From Eledone cirrhosa (taxonomy: Eukaryota): DNA of 64,000 nt. A program made the translations under genes and the position numbers. How positions within the stretch are numbered: the stretch's first letter is position 1; each line of letters starts with the position of its first letter. Under the pieces are notes generated by a model. It was given only the letters and a program-made list of their open reading frames with translations. It did no database searches and had not been told where the DNA came from. Below, piece by piece: positions 27,398 to 40,245 of this stretch. The DNA lies in NCBI GenBank assembly GCA_964016885.1, contig OZ024750.1, forward strand, positions 47,430,001 through 47,494,000. Direction: 5' to 3'.

Positions 27398-27796
27398 AAT
27401 AAACGAAGCTAAATTTTAATCATTTGACTTTTATTTAACTTTATTTTATATATATATATGAATGTACATATATGTGAAAGTTGGTATGTACTATTAGAAC
27501 AATTAATAACATCAAGAAATTAAATATAAGCAAAATTAAACGGACACACAGGAATAGAGAAGTTTAACTGAATAAAATATGAATCTACTACATTAATTCA
27601 TAATCTGAAGGGAAACGAACAAATGTCCTCATATAGATATCTAATGACAGATTTTAGAAAAAACGTCAATATACACTCATACAGAAGCAAGAAGACGTAT
27701 ACAAAGAGATAATATGGTGGTGGGTCCTACAGAGGCAGTGATCCCCAGCTTCTACGTTCTCAATTATTTCATATATATATATATATATGCACACAC

Positions 27797-27833
<37 letters not shown>

Positions 27834-27836
27834 TAT

Positions 27837-27911
<75 letters not shown>

Positions 27912-27975
27912 TGCGTACACGCCCGCATATTTATACGCCCGTATATGTAAAACATACTTACACACAGTCACACAC

Positions 27976-30900
27976 ACTTGCGTTGGTTCGGGAGTGGAGG
28001 TATGTGTTGGCGGTGTTGATGATGTATGGAGCTGTGTCTTGTGGTGGAGTTATGAGCGACAAACATATATACAGGATCGAATAGTGCGATGGGTTACCGG
28101 TTAAAAGGTGACATAGTGAACGCGGGGGAGAAGAGTTTATGGACGTATGGCGATGTGTGTTGTGGTCATGGTGGTGCTGGTGGTGCTGTGTTGATTAGAT
28201 GATTACATGATCAGAAGTTACGGTGTGTTACAGGGTAAGGCAGACGGGGGGGGGGGGGGGGGGGTATAATACAGTGGATCTGGTGTCAGGGATGATATGT
28301 GTTGATGATGTTAATAATGTTAATGATTGTTGAAGTATGTGGGTGTATTTAGTGGTGGCGGTGGTTGTGTGTGCGCGCGACAGTACATTTACAGGGTCGA
28401 ATTTAGCGTGGGGTTGTAGGTTAGGGTAGACAGACGGAACATGGGGGATAAGTTTGCGGGTGTGTATGGTAGACATATGACGATGTGTGGTGTCGTGGTG
28501 GTGGTGATGGTGTGATATGATCGACATTGTATTTACAAGATCCCGTGTTGCTATGGATTGTAAGGTAAAACTTATCATAGGAGACCGATCTAACACAATG
28601 TTGCAAGGATGAGGGGTGTATGGCGATGTGATTTTTGGTGGGCGTGATGATGCGGCATGATATACAAAATACGGGCTTAGAAATGGTTACATGCAGTATA
28701 ATAAAATAAGTTCGCTGAGATGGGCGATGGTGAGGCGGAGTAGACGTGGTTATTATTATGCTGGGTCATGGTTAGTGTGATTTTTGGTGTCGGTGGTGTA
28801 TGCGGCATGATATACAAAATACGGGCTTACAGATGGTTACATGCAATACAATAAAATAAGATAAGGTAAAATAAAATTAAAATTAAAATTAATAAATTCG
28901 TTGAGATGGGCGATGGTGATACGGGGCAGATGTGGTTATTATTATGGCGGGTCATGGTTAGTGCGTGGCCCTCCCCCGAATGTTTGTGCGGAAAAGGTGT
29001 ACATCCTGGTGTGTCTGCAATTGACAATTGTGTCCGACATATAGTAAATGGCGGATTTTAATTTAATTATTTCCGCCGCCTCAGCCAGGCATAATCTGCA
29101 GTGGTTTCTGTCACTGGGGATATGTGCCACGCGCCTTTTCACTGACCACGAAATCTGGGGTTCAATATTCCTGTCCTTGAGGTCCCAGATCAAGTCGGCC
29201 AGTCTGGTTTGGGGTCGTTTCAGTCTATATTTGAAGGAGCTTCTGTGGTTATACCAGCGCTCCTTAAACGTAGTGGATGTCGCACCTATATATGAGTACT
29301 CCTTATAGCAGGCTGTGACATCACACCGGTAAACAATATTCTTAACGAGGCACTCTCCGTTTAGTGGGCATTTGGGTCGCTTTTTGCAGTGGCTGTTGGG
29401 TGTAACCGGTCTGGTGGCTCGTTGGCGGTTGGTGTCATGCGGTGTGGGTGTAGTTTCGTTCTTGGTTGTGGTGGTGGTTTGTTGCGGGGAAAACATGTGT
29501 TTTCATATGTTTGCCCTATTAGTGTGTGCTATTGTGAGGCCTAGGTTTGGTGCTGTGGAGAAAGAGAATTTTACGGTGTGTCTATTGAAGAGCTTGAGGT
29601 ATTTGTGTGTGCGTGGAAAAGATTCTTCGAGAGCCCTGAAGAAGTTTCCCGGTATGTTAGTGGGGACGTGTATAAAATAGGGGGCGTTATACCATGTAAC
29701 AAGTCTACTTCGGTTTCTGCGGTGTTTAGTGAGGTTTCTGTGGCTGGGTGGTAGTTTGTGTGTGTTTTGGTCAGGCGTATGTTTCATAGTGGTTCCAAGT
29801 AATCTATTGGCGATATGTCCTTTGTATCTATTGGTACGCAAACGTGTGCGATAGTCGGAGTCGTTATTGGGGTTGGAGAGTATGGCTTTATCTCCTAGAC
29901 AGTTATGTGTGGCGTTGTCTGCACTGCCGGCTAAGGAGGGTCTTAGGTTATTGTTTGTCCTAGGTGTGGAGATTTCTTCTCTGTTCGTTTCTAAGGGTTC
30001 GGTTATGTTTAGCGGTGTTACGGATTTATTTGATTCGATGTAAGAAATCTTCTCAGTATAACCAGCGTTTATAAGTGCGAAGTTGTAGTATTCAGCGTGC
30101 TGCTTGAAGATGTTTTCATTAGCCGACAGGTGGACACTCTATTGGAGACGCTTTTAACTATTGAGTTAATTATGCCCCTAGAGTGGTTGGAGTGTCTGTT
30201 GACGTATTTAAGATTTTCATTAGGTTTGTGGTATGGGCGATAGAGGCCTGAGTCTAATTCTAGGGTGACATCTAAAAAGTTTACTGTCTTATTGTCAGGT
30301 TCAATTTCTACTGCTAAACCTTGGGTCTTAAATATGTACCTAAGTCGTTTGTGTAGTCTATTTAATTGACTATTGTTGAGTCCACGGGTCAATAGTAGGG
30401 CATCATCCCGGTATAAGCCACCTCCCAAGGAGGGGATCTCCACTGTTAATATATTTCGGAGCTATATGCCTACTATATCTGTAACCTGTGTGGAGTCAGT
30501 CGATCCCATGGTGATATCGAAGCTATTTGGTCTATTCTGTCGTTCCCACAATCTTCCGTCGAATTCTAGTAAAGTTTTCCTAGCTGTTATTATTATGTCC
30601 ACCTCCTTTCTAGTGAGGCTTGATCTGTTCATGGCTGAGATCAGTGCCTCGTTAAGGATGATTGGGGATATAGATGCGTAGTAGTTCGTAATGTCCAATT
30701 GGACTAATCTAACATTCGACTTAGTTTCAATGTCACAAAAGCAGTCTATTACCTCCTTTGTACAAGCCCATAGGCTGAGTTTAGTTCTATTTCTAAGTTG
30801 AGGTTTAATTCGGTCAATGATTGATTTGCTAAGCTAAGTAGGTCCGATTTGGAAGGGGCTATGAGTCTGACCGGTAGTTTTAACTGTAAATCCGGTTTAT

Positions 30901-31345
30901 GGTCTTTAATGGATAGTCTCGGTGTCCTAGGGTTGTAAGGATAGGTCCTGTCGTCAATACTCAGTTCGGTCATTATTGTTTTCGCCTGTTTGTTTATGTG
31001 TGCTAGGTTTTCTCGTGTTGATGTTTTGTATATTTTAGCTATTTCGTTTGTAATGCATTTGTTGTAGGTTTTGTACTCCAAATTGTATAGGTTTCCTGTT
31101 TTATCGGCTGGTACGATAATGCCAGTGCTATTCTTGATCTTTTTTATGGTTGAGGCGAGCCCAGACAGGAATGCACTTCTGTCAGGGTTTCGCGGTGGTT
31201 TGCTGAATCCAATTGTCCGGACCATGGTAATGATCCTGCTCTCAAACGCCTCTAAGAGTGGGTTGTGCGGTGGGTTGTTCGTTGATTTAAAAAGTCTTTT
31301 TATGTGGTTGGTGGGATTGTCAAATATCTTCCTCCTATTGCCTTC
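27976..31345 (-). mobile_element. Penelope-like retroelement (Nematis-like), frameshifted RT and GIY-YIG with long 3' UTR
   Basis: ORF pieces in order: IVPADKTGNLY, SIKDHK, DITNYYASI, FDITMGS, GLYRDDALL, NFLDVTL, TWYNAPY, CPLNGEC, IVY..YIG..FKERWYNH, CRLCLAE. Confidence 0.95.
28628..28962. repeat. about 150-185 bp tandem duplication spanning the PLE stop codon and 3' UTR
   Basis: gtgatttttggtg..tgcggcatgatatacaaaatacgggctta..gggtcatggttagtg occurs twice. Confidence 0.85.
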
Positions 31346-32695
31346 TTTCGATCATTACCCCAAGTTGTGCAAACTTGTGTTCCAATTTCATTGACTAGAA
31401 TACTAAAATGGAATTTAAGTAATTGAATGACTTCGAAATACAGATCAACCGTATTTGAACACACACACACAATCTAACATACATATACACCTCCTCATAC
31501 ATCAAACACATCCATCAAATCATCTTCATCTTTACGCCTTATCTAGGGGTTCTACGTTATACATACATGCACATTTAATACATTGCAAATTATTTTATTT
31601 ATAGCTGTTATTGTAGTGTTACCTTTTACGTTCTCCCCCCACACATATCTATCCTCCTCTCCTTCACCCTATCTCCCTTTCTATCTCTCTCTATCTCTGT
31701 TTCCCTCTCTCTTCTACTCACTTACAAACAAATACACACACGTAGATTGAAGTATATGTTCATGTGTACGTAAATATGTATCATTCCTTTCTCTCTAAAT
31801 TAATTGCCGCATTCCATCGTGTATTTAAAGCATCTTTTACCCCGTCCAAATTTAAATCAATTTGTTCTAGCGTCTTGTGCATCGAACAAAAAATGTAAAC
31901 AACTACAATCACTTTTAAGCCAGTTTCATTCATCAAAGAATAATGTGCGTCTTATGAAGTGAAAAATATTGGTAGAATTGTGGTCGATCAGAATGTTCCA
32001 GAGATTTGTTTCCCCCGCAATAAAGAGAGCTACAAGAAATAGTGGAATTGTGAGTTAACGTGTGCATATTTGTAGACGTATGTGTGGATATATACTGGCA
32101 CTCATTAATGGATGTACATAGCTATGACACTATCCAACTATATGTATATGTGTTGTCGTTATTATTATGCATGCGTATGTGTGTAAGTAAACTATATGCA
32201 GATATGTGATTGTATCAATATGTTCATTCTAGGAACTTTGATGCAGAAGCTTCGGAATATATTATTGATCTTGACTGTGCAATAATCCTCTTCGAAGAAT
32301 TGGTACACGTCCTGCTTTAAATGTTTCTATGCATAAAACTATGTATAAACTGTGCATAACACTATGTATGCACGTACGGACTTATTCTGTACGCATACGA
32401 TTTCATGCGTATGCCTGTATGTATGTATATGTAACAATGTGCATGTATGCATATACTTATATCTGTGCATGTTCATGTATGAATGTGATTGCATGTGTCG
32501 TGTACAGAGACGTATATTGTGCTGGTTTCAATTACATCACTGCAGCCAAACTAGGAACATGTTTCTCTGCTTTGATTGAATAAATCAAGTGATTCCCGAT
32601 TGCATTTTTGCATCGACTTAACACAAAAAACATAAATAAACCTAAACACGCACGCCCCTCACATATACATACGCACAAATATGCATGATGTCTCA

Positions 32696-32760
<65 letters not shown>

Positions 32761-32851
32761 CGAAGGAAATGTGGTAAGGAACCAGGTGGACCATAACGCA
32801 CCAAAGTACTCAATACTTGAGGTAGTAGAGTGGGTAATAGGAACCAGTAAG

Positions 32852-32945
32852 ACCCCGACAGCTGAGCTCAAGCCGTCTCGACGGCTAATTCTGGACTAAA
32901 TGAAAATTTATCCTGGTATTTAAATAGCCGATCTTCTCAAGGGGT
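32852..32945 (-). ncRNA. variant type I hammerhead (family A) in the PLE 3' UTR
   Basis: ACCCC UUGAGAA GAuCGGCUA-(loop of about 37 nt)-UAGCCGUC GAGA CGGCU-ugagcuc-AGCUG UC GGGGU. Other copies have GAAA in place of GAGA. Confidence 0.7.
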
Positions 32946-34071
32946 AATTCCATATATGGTCAAAGTGATTGTCAAAAATCAGTAGTAATTCTGTGGTTGC
33001 AAATTAGTAGGGGAGATGGTGGCTAAACCTGCCAGTAGGAGAAAGAGGGGAGGGGGTGGAGTAGACCCAATCAAGCGTTGGTGGTGCCAGCTACAGCTGG
33101 GCATGAGGTCAAAGAAGATACAGGGGAGGGGGAGGGGGATGAAGTCGGAACGGTAGGTAGAACAAGGAAAAAAAATAGGAAAAAAAAAAGGAAAAAAAAA
33201 AAAAAAAAAAAAAATACTGAGAGTGAAGAAAGGCAAATAAGTGTAAAGAAAAGTAAAGTAAATTAAATTCTACGACCTAGGTGTCAGGCTATTGTTAGGC
33301 GAGAATAAAATAAAGAAAGAAAGAAAGAAGTAAAAAAAATAAATAAATGAATAAATAAGGAAATAAGTAAGAGAACTAGGTGGGACGAATAAGGCAAGGA
33401 CCCTTTTAAGAGGTATAAGTACGTAAATGATACGGTGACGGGTCAACAAAAGGGGCCAAAATACTAAAGAGACTACCACGAAATAAACAATAAAGGTTTC
33501 CATCCCGGGCCAGCAACGACCCAGTGCAGCAAAGTGAACTTGTACGAGATAATAATTCTGAGTCCCGAGAAAAATATATACTAATGCTAACTCTAAAAGA
33601 TCTAAAACAAGCTACATGAAAGTTCGTACGAAATAAAGGTAGAATACGGAGAAATAAATTCAGAATCCACCCCGCCCAGAAGAAGAGCGAAGCAAGAAAT
33701 ACTGAAACGAAAAAATAAGGCATGTGCCACTAAGAAATATAGAGGGCACAGAGAATAGTGGGAGCGGTCGGAAAAAGGGGGAAAGTATCCGGGGTCTAAG
33801 CCAGCTGCTATAAAGGGCGGAGTCCGCCAAATCTATCAAAGACTAGGGGAGGGGGGGTGGGGGTACTAAGGCTACATGGGGCCAAAGGGCAGCCTCGGGT
33901 GGGCGAGAAAAGACGCCGACAAAGGAGAAGAGCTGGGGTAGAAGGACAAAGGGGAGAGGGGGGAAGGAAATAAAGGAAGCGATAAAAGAATACAAAGAAG
34001 ATCTTACGTCTTCCTTGGCAAGCAGGGGTTACCTATTGCAAAATCGGCAACTGGGGTGTTATAGCCCTAGT

Positions 34072-35165
34072 CTACCCCCCCCCCCCCGGGTCATTATGGG
34101 GTTTGAGGGCGAGGTAAGTCCTACGCAATCTATGTTTACATGCAGTAACCAGTTCATCTTTCTTGTTTAGGAGTTGGTCCGTCGAAAACAGCATTTGTAA
34201 AGTTTCCTCCGAGCATAAATTGCACGGACGGCGTCCTCCCGTGTAAGAATTGGCTCTGGACAGTAATCTCCAAGTGAGATCATAGGTGATGTTGTTGTCC
34301 TTGAGGTCCCATATGTGGCCCGAAAGTGTAGTGGCGTGACGCCGGGCCGGGTTTCGGAAGGTATGTCTATGCTGGTATAGCCGGGTCTTGAAGTCACATG
34401 CGGTAAGTCCTATATAGGCTTTGTTGGAGGTATCCGTCCTCACGTTGCACTGGTAGATCACATTACGGTCTCTGCATCTATTGTCGAGTGGGCAAATAGA
34501 TCTATCCGGGCAGTTACACCTCCTGGTCGGTTCTCCACTGCTAATTAGGTTATTTCTGCCATCGGGGTTGAGTTTTTTGTTGTTAGAGGAGACGATGTTT
34601 TGTGCGAAGTTTGGTGTAGTGCTGTAAGAGAGTTTGATGGTATTTTTGTTAATTATGTTGTGGTAGCGGTGTTGTAATGGGAAGTGTTTTTCAATGAGCC
34701 TAAAGAATAGTTTCCCGATGGGAGTAGTCACCTCTGCGTTGTGGGGAGGATTGAACCATGTTACATTGCGTGAGCGGCGGTGTCTCCTGCTGGTTCCGCT
34801 AATGGGAGCTGGACAGTAGGATATTTCCTCCCGGAAACCACTCCGCTTGAGGGCCTGGATGTAATAAGGCGCATGTTCATCGAATATCCGCTCATTAGCT
34901 GACAAACGGGATATGCGGAGGGAGATGTTTTTGACCAGGTTGTTTGTGATGTTCCTAGGATGGTTTGATCGGCGGTGGATGTAGTGTAGATTGTCATTAG
35001 GTTTCCTGTATGGGTAGTACAGGTCGTTTTCGAGGTCGAGGGTTACGTCTAGGAAGTTTACTCGGGTCAGGGACGTTTGTAGGGTTATTTTAAATCCCCA
35101 GTCGCGGAAGAATCTGATTAATTGTTTCCGGACCCGATCTGTACTACTGGGGTTGTACCCTTTAA
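34072..35165 (-). CDS. PLE RT C-terminal region, Cys-rich linker and GIY-YIG endonuclease (no start, truncated)
   Basis: The frame extends upstream of the ORF track: TDRVRKQLIRFFRDWGFKITL..VNFLDVTLDL..YYPYRKPND..SNHP, then TWFNPP, CNCPDRSICPLDNRC, VIY..YIG..FKTRLYQH, CNLCSEE. Confidence 0.9.
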
Positions 35166-37299
35166 GGGTACATACTTATATATATATATATATAAGTATG
35201 TGTGTGTCTGTATGGCTGACTGTAGGTGTGTGTGTGTATGTGTAAGTGTGTGTGTGTGTGTGCAAGTGTGTATGTGTGAGCAAGTGCGCGTGTGTGTTTG
35301 TATGTATGTATGTGTGTATGTATGATTGCACAACAACATCACAGACCTCCGCTCTTTCAATGCTGCATGCAGCAGGCCTGATCACAAAAGAATTACTTCA
35401 CATATAAATATGTTACGGTTTTCGTAAAGATTTGTATTTGCTCATATCTAATTATCGTTGTCCTTTACGAGATTTTAAATTACTCCTTCACATTTGTTAA
35501 TAACTTAGATTGTTATTGTCTTATTTATAGTAGTTGTAATCTAATGTTATGCATGTGTGGAATATCAGAAATTGCTCCATTAGTTTGCAAATGCAATAGA
35601 TTTATATGATCTTTATGATGTTAACGTAAACAGCATAAATATTCTCTACTCTGCACATATATTCCAGATGATTTGTCTTCCTTGTTGGGCTTATATTGCA
35701 CAGAGGTATTGATGCGAATATTTAACTAGTATTATTTCACATAATACGTCCATAATTATTACGTCTAATATTTCTTTCTCACATTTAGATTTACGTTCGA
35801 TAATAGATATTTAGCGTGTACGTTGATTTCATTTTCGACTATGTGCATATGGTATAGTTTACACTTTAGACTATAATAAAGATGGGGGGGGGGGGCAAGA
35901 CAGCATCCCGTCTATATTTGTTAATCCCGTTAGTAAAATAAGTTTGATTACTTTGAATAAATGATGAATGAATATTATATAATTTATATACTAAATTTCG
36001 TAGCTGATGATTTACCATAAATGTTCTTATACATAAAGATTGCTTATTTTAAAATTCACTTCTTATAAAATGTTCAAAAGTCAGTACTTCCGGATATGAA
36101 ATAATGGACGCTAAATCCAATATCACTTATATAAACGTGTCTATATGTGCATCGTTATAACATAACGTTTATATTTCCGTGGTTAATATTATCCTTTTTC
36201 GCTTCCGTTACATTTCACATTAATTCAGTTTATATATAATATCGTCTTTTTTAAATGTATCATGGATTACTTTACTAATTACAGTAGAAAGTGTAACACA
36301 GGCTCTCTTCAATTTTTGTGCATATTGTTAATTTCGATTTTATTTGACGTATTATATCTACATGCATATATATTTGCGTATAATATCAATATGCACACTA
36401 CACATGCTAGCAGAAAAAACACCCGAAAGGTGTTTTTTTTCTGTTAGCATCAGTAATGATTTATCCGAGTTAATATTGTTTGTTATAAGTAGATGTTTAA
36501 CCTGTATCTTTTTCAATGTTTCTGCATAAAATATATTGATATTGCTTGTTCCTTGAAGCAAAAGGAACTATACCCCGTATTCAATTTTCTTTGAAACATT
36601 CCCCATGTCTATCTGATGAAACTTTCTTAAACATTGTTGAAATTGTTCGTATATTTCTTTAATGGGTTTCCATATGAAGAGCTACATTGATATTTGCACA
36701 ACTAACACTCTTTCGAAATTATTCATAATTCAGTGAAAAGGATATTTCATTTTCTGTAACTGTCACCTAAATTCTCACATGTGTGGTATTGGAACTTGTT
36801 TTCTAAATATTTTAGAAGAGTACTTCTAACAAAATGCATTATTTCAAATAATTGACGAAGTATTTCGAGCAAGTTACTACAATTATTTATTTATTTGTTA
36901 CTCAGGTGAAAAGTTTTCTCGTATACAAATCTTTAAATATTGGTGTTTTGTTTGATATTTGCAGATTTACCTTTAACTGGATTGGTATCATAGTAGTTAC
37001 TGATGCTTTATTTGTAAGAAAATTGAAGGGAACTCTCACAGACTCGACTAGGTCAGTCGTTAAAGATATTTCAAGTAGTGATTCTCACATTATTTGTTGT
37101 TGTTAGGAGAATGTTTACAACAACAATATATCAAGTATATAGAGATATTTACATGAGTAGAGGTCAGGGTTGCAGCATGAAGCAACGCTGTTGTCAATTC
37201 TTTTATATATATTTACACTCTGCATTCTAGAGCAGTAACACTGGAATATAACCCCAAAGACCTCGTAACAGCATTGAATACTTCGAACCGTGCGCTGCC

Positions 37300-37980
37300 T
37301 GAGACTGTTGTTACACACTTGTTGGATAAAACTTTAGAATTCGCCAATAAATATACCACCCACCATGAATAGATAGCCAGACCATTGCAAGATCTATACA
37401 TATTAGATAATTTGCGAGTCAGATCTCAGGACTTCCACATGTGTTTACACTAGTACGACGGTCGGACTATTGCCCACTTTAGAAAATAGATATTTTCAAT
37501 GAGCTACGACGTACGAAACCGTAGCCATTAATCTGCCTAGCATAGATTATCTAGACATTCGCGCATGCACACGTTCAGATCTTTCCACAAATTCAATGAA
37601 CATTTAACACAATTACGCAAGGAAACATGTCACCAAACTACGCTCATTGAAATCTTCGTTAAAACATCAGTACTAAGATTTCTAATCTTTCTTCTAACAA
37701 GGCCTAGTTTGACAGCGTGGCACCTTACTATAACACTGCGTTAGCCAACAGCAGCTCCTCCGATAATATGTCTTATTCCACTCGTAATGACACTAACAGT
37801 AGAAAGAGAAAGATGACATTTTAAAATATGGTTTCGCCGCGCCTTTCTCGCTCAGAGTTAGAACGAATGTATGTTAAAATATTCTTGGCTCTCCTAGAGA
37901 AACACTTCGAAATAGGTCGTAAATAGAAACTTATCTTTAACAGTGGGATAACTCGGATATTCCTGTGCTAAAAATATTAC
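37300..37980 (+). pseudogene. heavily decayed PLE remnant
   Basis: Fragments LLDKTLEFANKYT, INLPSIDYLDI, NISTKISNLSSN..APYYNTAL, WF..FSLRVRTNV, FLALLEKHF and GYSCAKNI occur in PLE order. Confidence 0.75.
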
Positions 37981-38135
37981 AGATGCAGACGTGAATCTCT
38001 CTAAGAATTACAGTGATTCCGACAGATGCTGAATCTCCCTGAGAATTACCTTTAAGCGTACACATGCTGAACGTCCACGAGAATTAAATTTAGGCGTGCA
38101 CTGCTGAATCTCACTGCGAAATTACGAATTTAGAT
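37979..38135. repeat. degenerate about 38-bp tandem repeat (about 4 units)
   Basis: Recurring tgctgaatctc..gagaattac. Confidence 0.7.
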
Positions 38136-38549
38136 ATGTATACACATATATATAAATATATAAATGTATACACACATGCATAAATATATATGTATAAATC
38201 ACAATGTGTACATAGCAGATATTGGCAAATTCTGTAAGTTAATATCTAAACATGCATGGATAAGCTCCCTTTGAGTATTAGTAATTTTTTGGGAAAAATG
38301 TAAAAATAATATTTAAAAAATTAAAAAAAATCGATTAATATTCAAAGAAATACAGAGATTGAACATGAATGACACGGTAAAATCGATTCAGAGAGAGAGA
38401 GAGAGGGGGGGGGGGAGCGAGCGGTTTCTGAAAATATTATAATTGTTACCACTGTTGTCAGAAACCGCTCTCTCTCTCTCTTACCAATGTATTCAGGATT
38501 TCGTGTAAATACCGGTCAAGAAACAAAGAAAATTATTTTTTATATAGTA

Positions 38550-39347
38550 CTAGCAGTAAAGCCCGGCGTTGCTCGGGGTCGCTCAGTAGCTGTGTTAATG
38601 TTACAATGTTAAGATTCTTTTTTGGCTTAAAAACTGTAGTGTCTACTGTGCAGACTTGCATGTGGTGTTTTTGATTAATATTCCCTCAACCAACAATATG
38701 CCTTATGAAGTTAAGAAAACATAACGATAACCCGAATGTTATAACAAAAGAGGATGCTGGGGATAAAAACTTCACTGGTTATTTATTAACAAAGATCGAA
38801 AATGTAAACACTGCAACGCAGAGAAAAACATTAGCGTAACCAAATTATCAGTTATGTCTGTCTGCACGCCTATATCACCTCACTGCACGACTGTCTGTCT
38901 GCACGCCTGAAACATTTGCTTGTTTTACGTAGTCTTTAAATAGACTTGTTTTCAAGTAAAAATATTGTTTTAAAATGCTTTTAAATGGAAATGAAGCAAA
39001 ACGGAAGCTTAGTGTTCGAACTGATGAATTTTGCTGGCTCGACAACTGTTCGTGTATTGTGTTAATGTCATTTTAAACGCTGAGAAAGCCAGCGTAATTT
39101 TTTACGTAAGACGCTCAATGTAAACAGAACAAAGGGAAATAACTGATAACTTACGCTCAAAAATCGATACATTATATTCGATTTCGTCACATAGGGTGGG
39201 TCAATTTGAAATATTTTTTCCGATGTCTTCGCTAGGGCTCAATGTACAAGTATAGCAATTTCGGTGCAATTCCGTGAGAGATTCTAAGAGGAGATGTGTG
39301 CCAAAAATCGATAGACAGACAGACAACCACAGTTTTATATATATAGA
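38550..39347 (-). mobile_element. non-autonomous Helitron
   Basis: The minus strand starts A^TCTATATATAT and ends with the hairpin CCCGAGCAACGCCGGG, 8 nt before CTAG^T. Inserted at an AT site without TSD. A short (GACA)n lies near the 5' end. Confidence 0.85.
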
Positions 39348-39362
39348 TAAGAAAATATTAGC

Positions 39363-39442
<80 letters not shown>

Positions 39443-39446
<4 letters not shown>

Positions 39447-40209
39447 TCTAAAGACATGTTTTATGATATATAGCTCTGATTATTTAATTTATTAATTCTT
39501 CATTGAGCCACAACGTGACCAATTGTAAAACACATATATATCTATGACTTTATATATATATGTAAACCTTTATATGTAATAATCTCCCGTCAAGTTGACA
39601 TACAATTTGGCTATATTGGGCTGCGCTTTCTAGCAATAAGCCTACCCGCCGTAAGCAACTAATCACATCCTTTCTAACTTGACCGCTGCCACGTCACGAT
39701 TCTTAGACATTTTTGAATGTATTTTTGGCGCGATCACTTTGTAAAATTAAATGTCTAATTTTGAGCTAACTTCTGATAAATCCGAAGCTCTAGACTTTCC
39801 ATGTTATCAGATGTCTTAAAATACGGATGAAACCATGGTAGAGGTAATTTGGTATGTACGCATATATACTAAGTTAGATTTTACAGCAAATTGTGTTTGG
39901 TTGACTGTATATCTGGTCGATTTCTACGTTGTGTCGAAATGTTCAATAAATACTGCATCGTAGCCACCGTGAAGGGGTTGCTTTCGGTTATTTGTCGGAG
40001 ATTTCTTCATAGGAGCCTTTATTCTTATAGCTTTGTCTAATTGATTTTTTACATGGTTAATTATGCTAATTGGGCCAGGAAATGGTATATATTATATCTA
40101 GTGATTCTAAAGAAATGTTTTATGATATATAGCTCTGATTATTTAATTTATTAATTCTTCATTGAGCCACAACGTGTCCAATTGCAAAACACATATATAT
40201 CTATGACTA
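39443..40209. repeat. about 105 bp direct repeat (39443-39549 and 40102-40209)
   Basis: tgattctaaaga..gctctgattatttaatttattaattcttcattgagccacaacgtg..ctatgact occurs twice with few differences. Confidence 0.9.
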
Positions 40210-40245
40210 AGTAATCATATTTTGAAACAGTGAGCAGGTTAGAAA

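Larger units (their letters stand above)
26996..27450. mobile_element. family I fold-back element with two divergent hammerheads
   Basis: Inverted-repeat arms at about 27093-27229 and 27311-27448. Motifs at 27144-27198 (-) and 27343-27397 (+). Confidence 0.9.
32758..35175 (-). mobile_element. young 5'-truncated Penelope-like element, source-type of family A ends
   Basis: Uninterrupted frame from about 35165 to 34072, then a pyrimidine-rich 3' UTR of about 1.3 kb ending in the family A terminus. (TA)n on both sides. Confidence 0.95.

Noticed and set aside
33078-33723. Lys-rich and hydrophobic ORFs
   Set aside because: These are by-products of the purine/pyrimidine-biased PLE 3' UTR.
37495-37530. 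Hammerhead-like atgagctacgacgtacgaaaccgta
   Set aside because: There is no CUGA box or stem I, and it lies in the decayed PLE RT region (ETVAINLPSIDYLDI).
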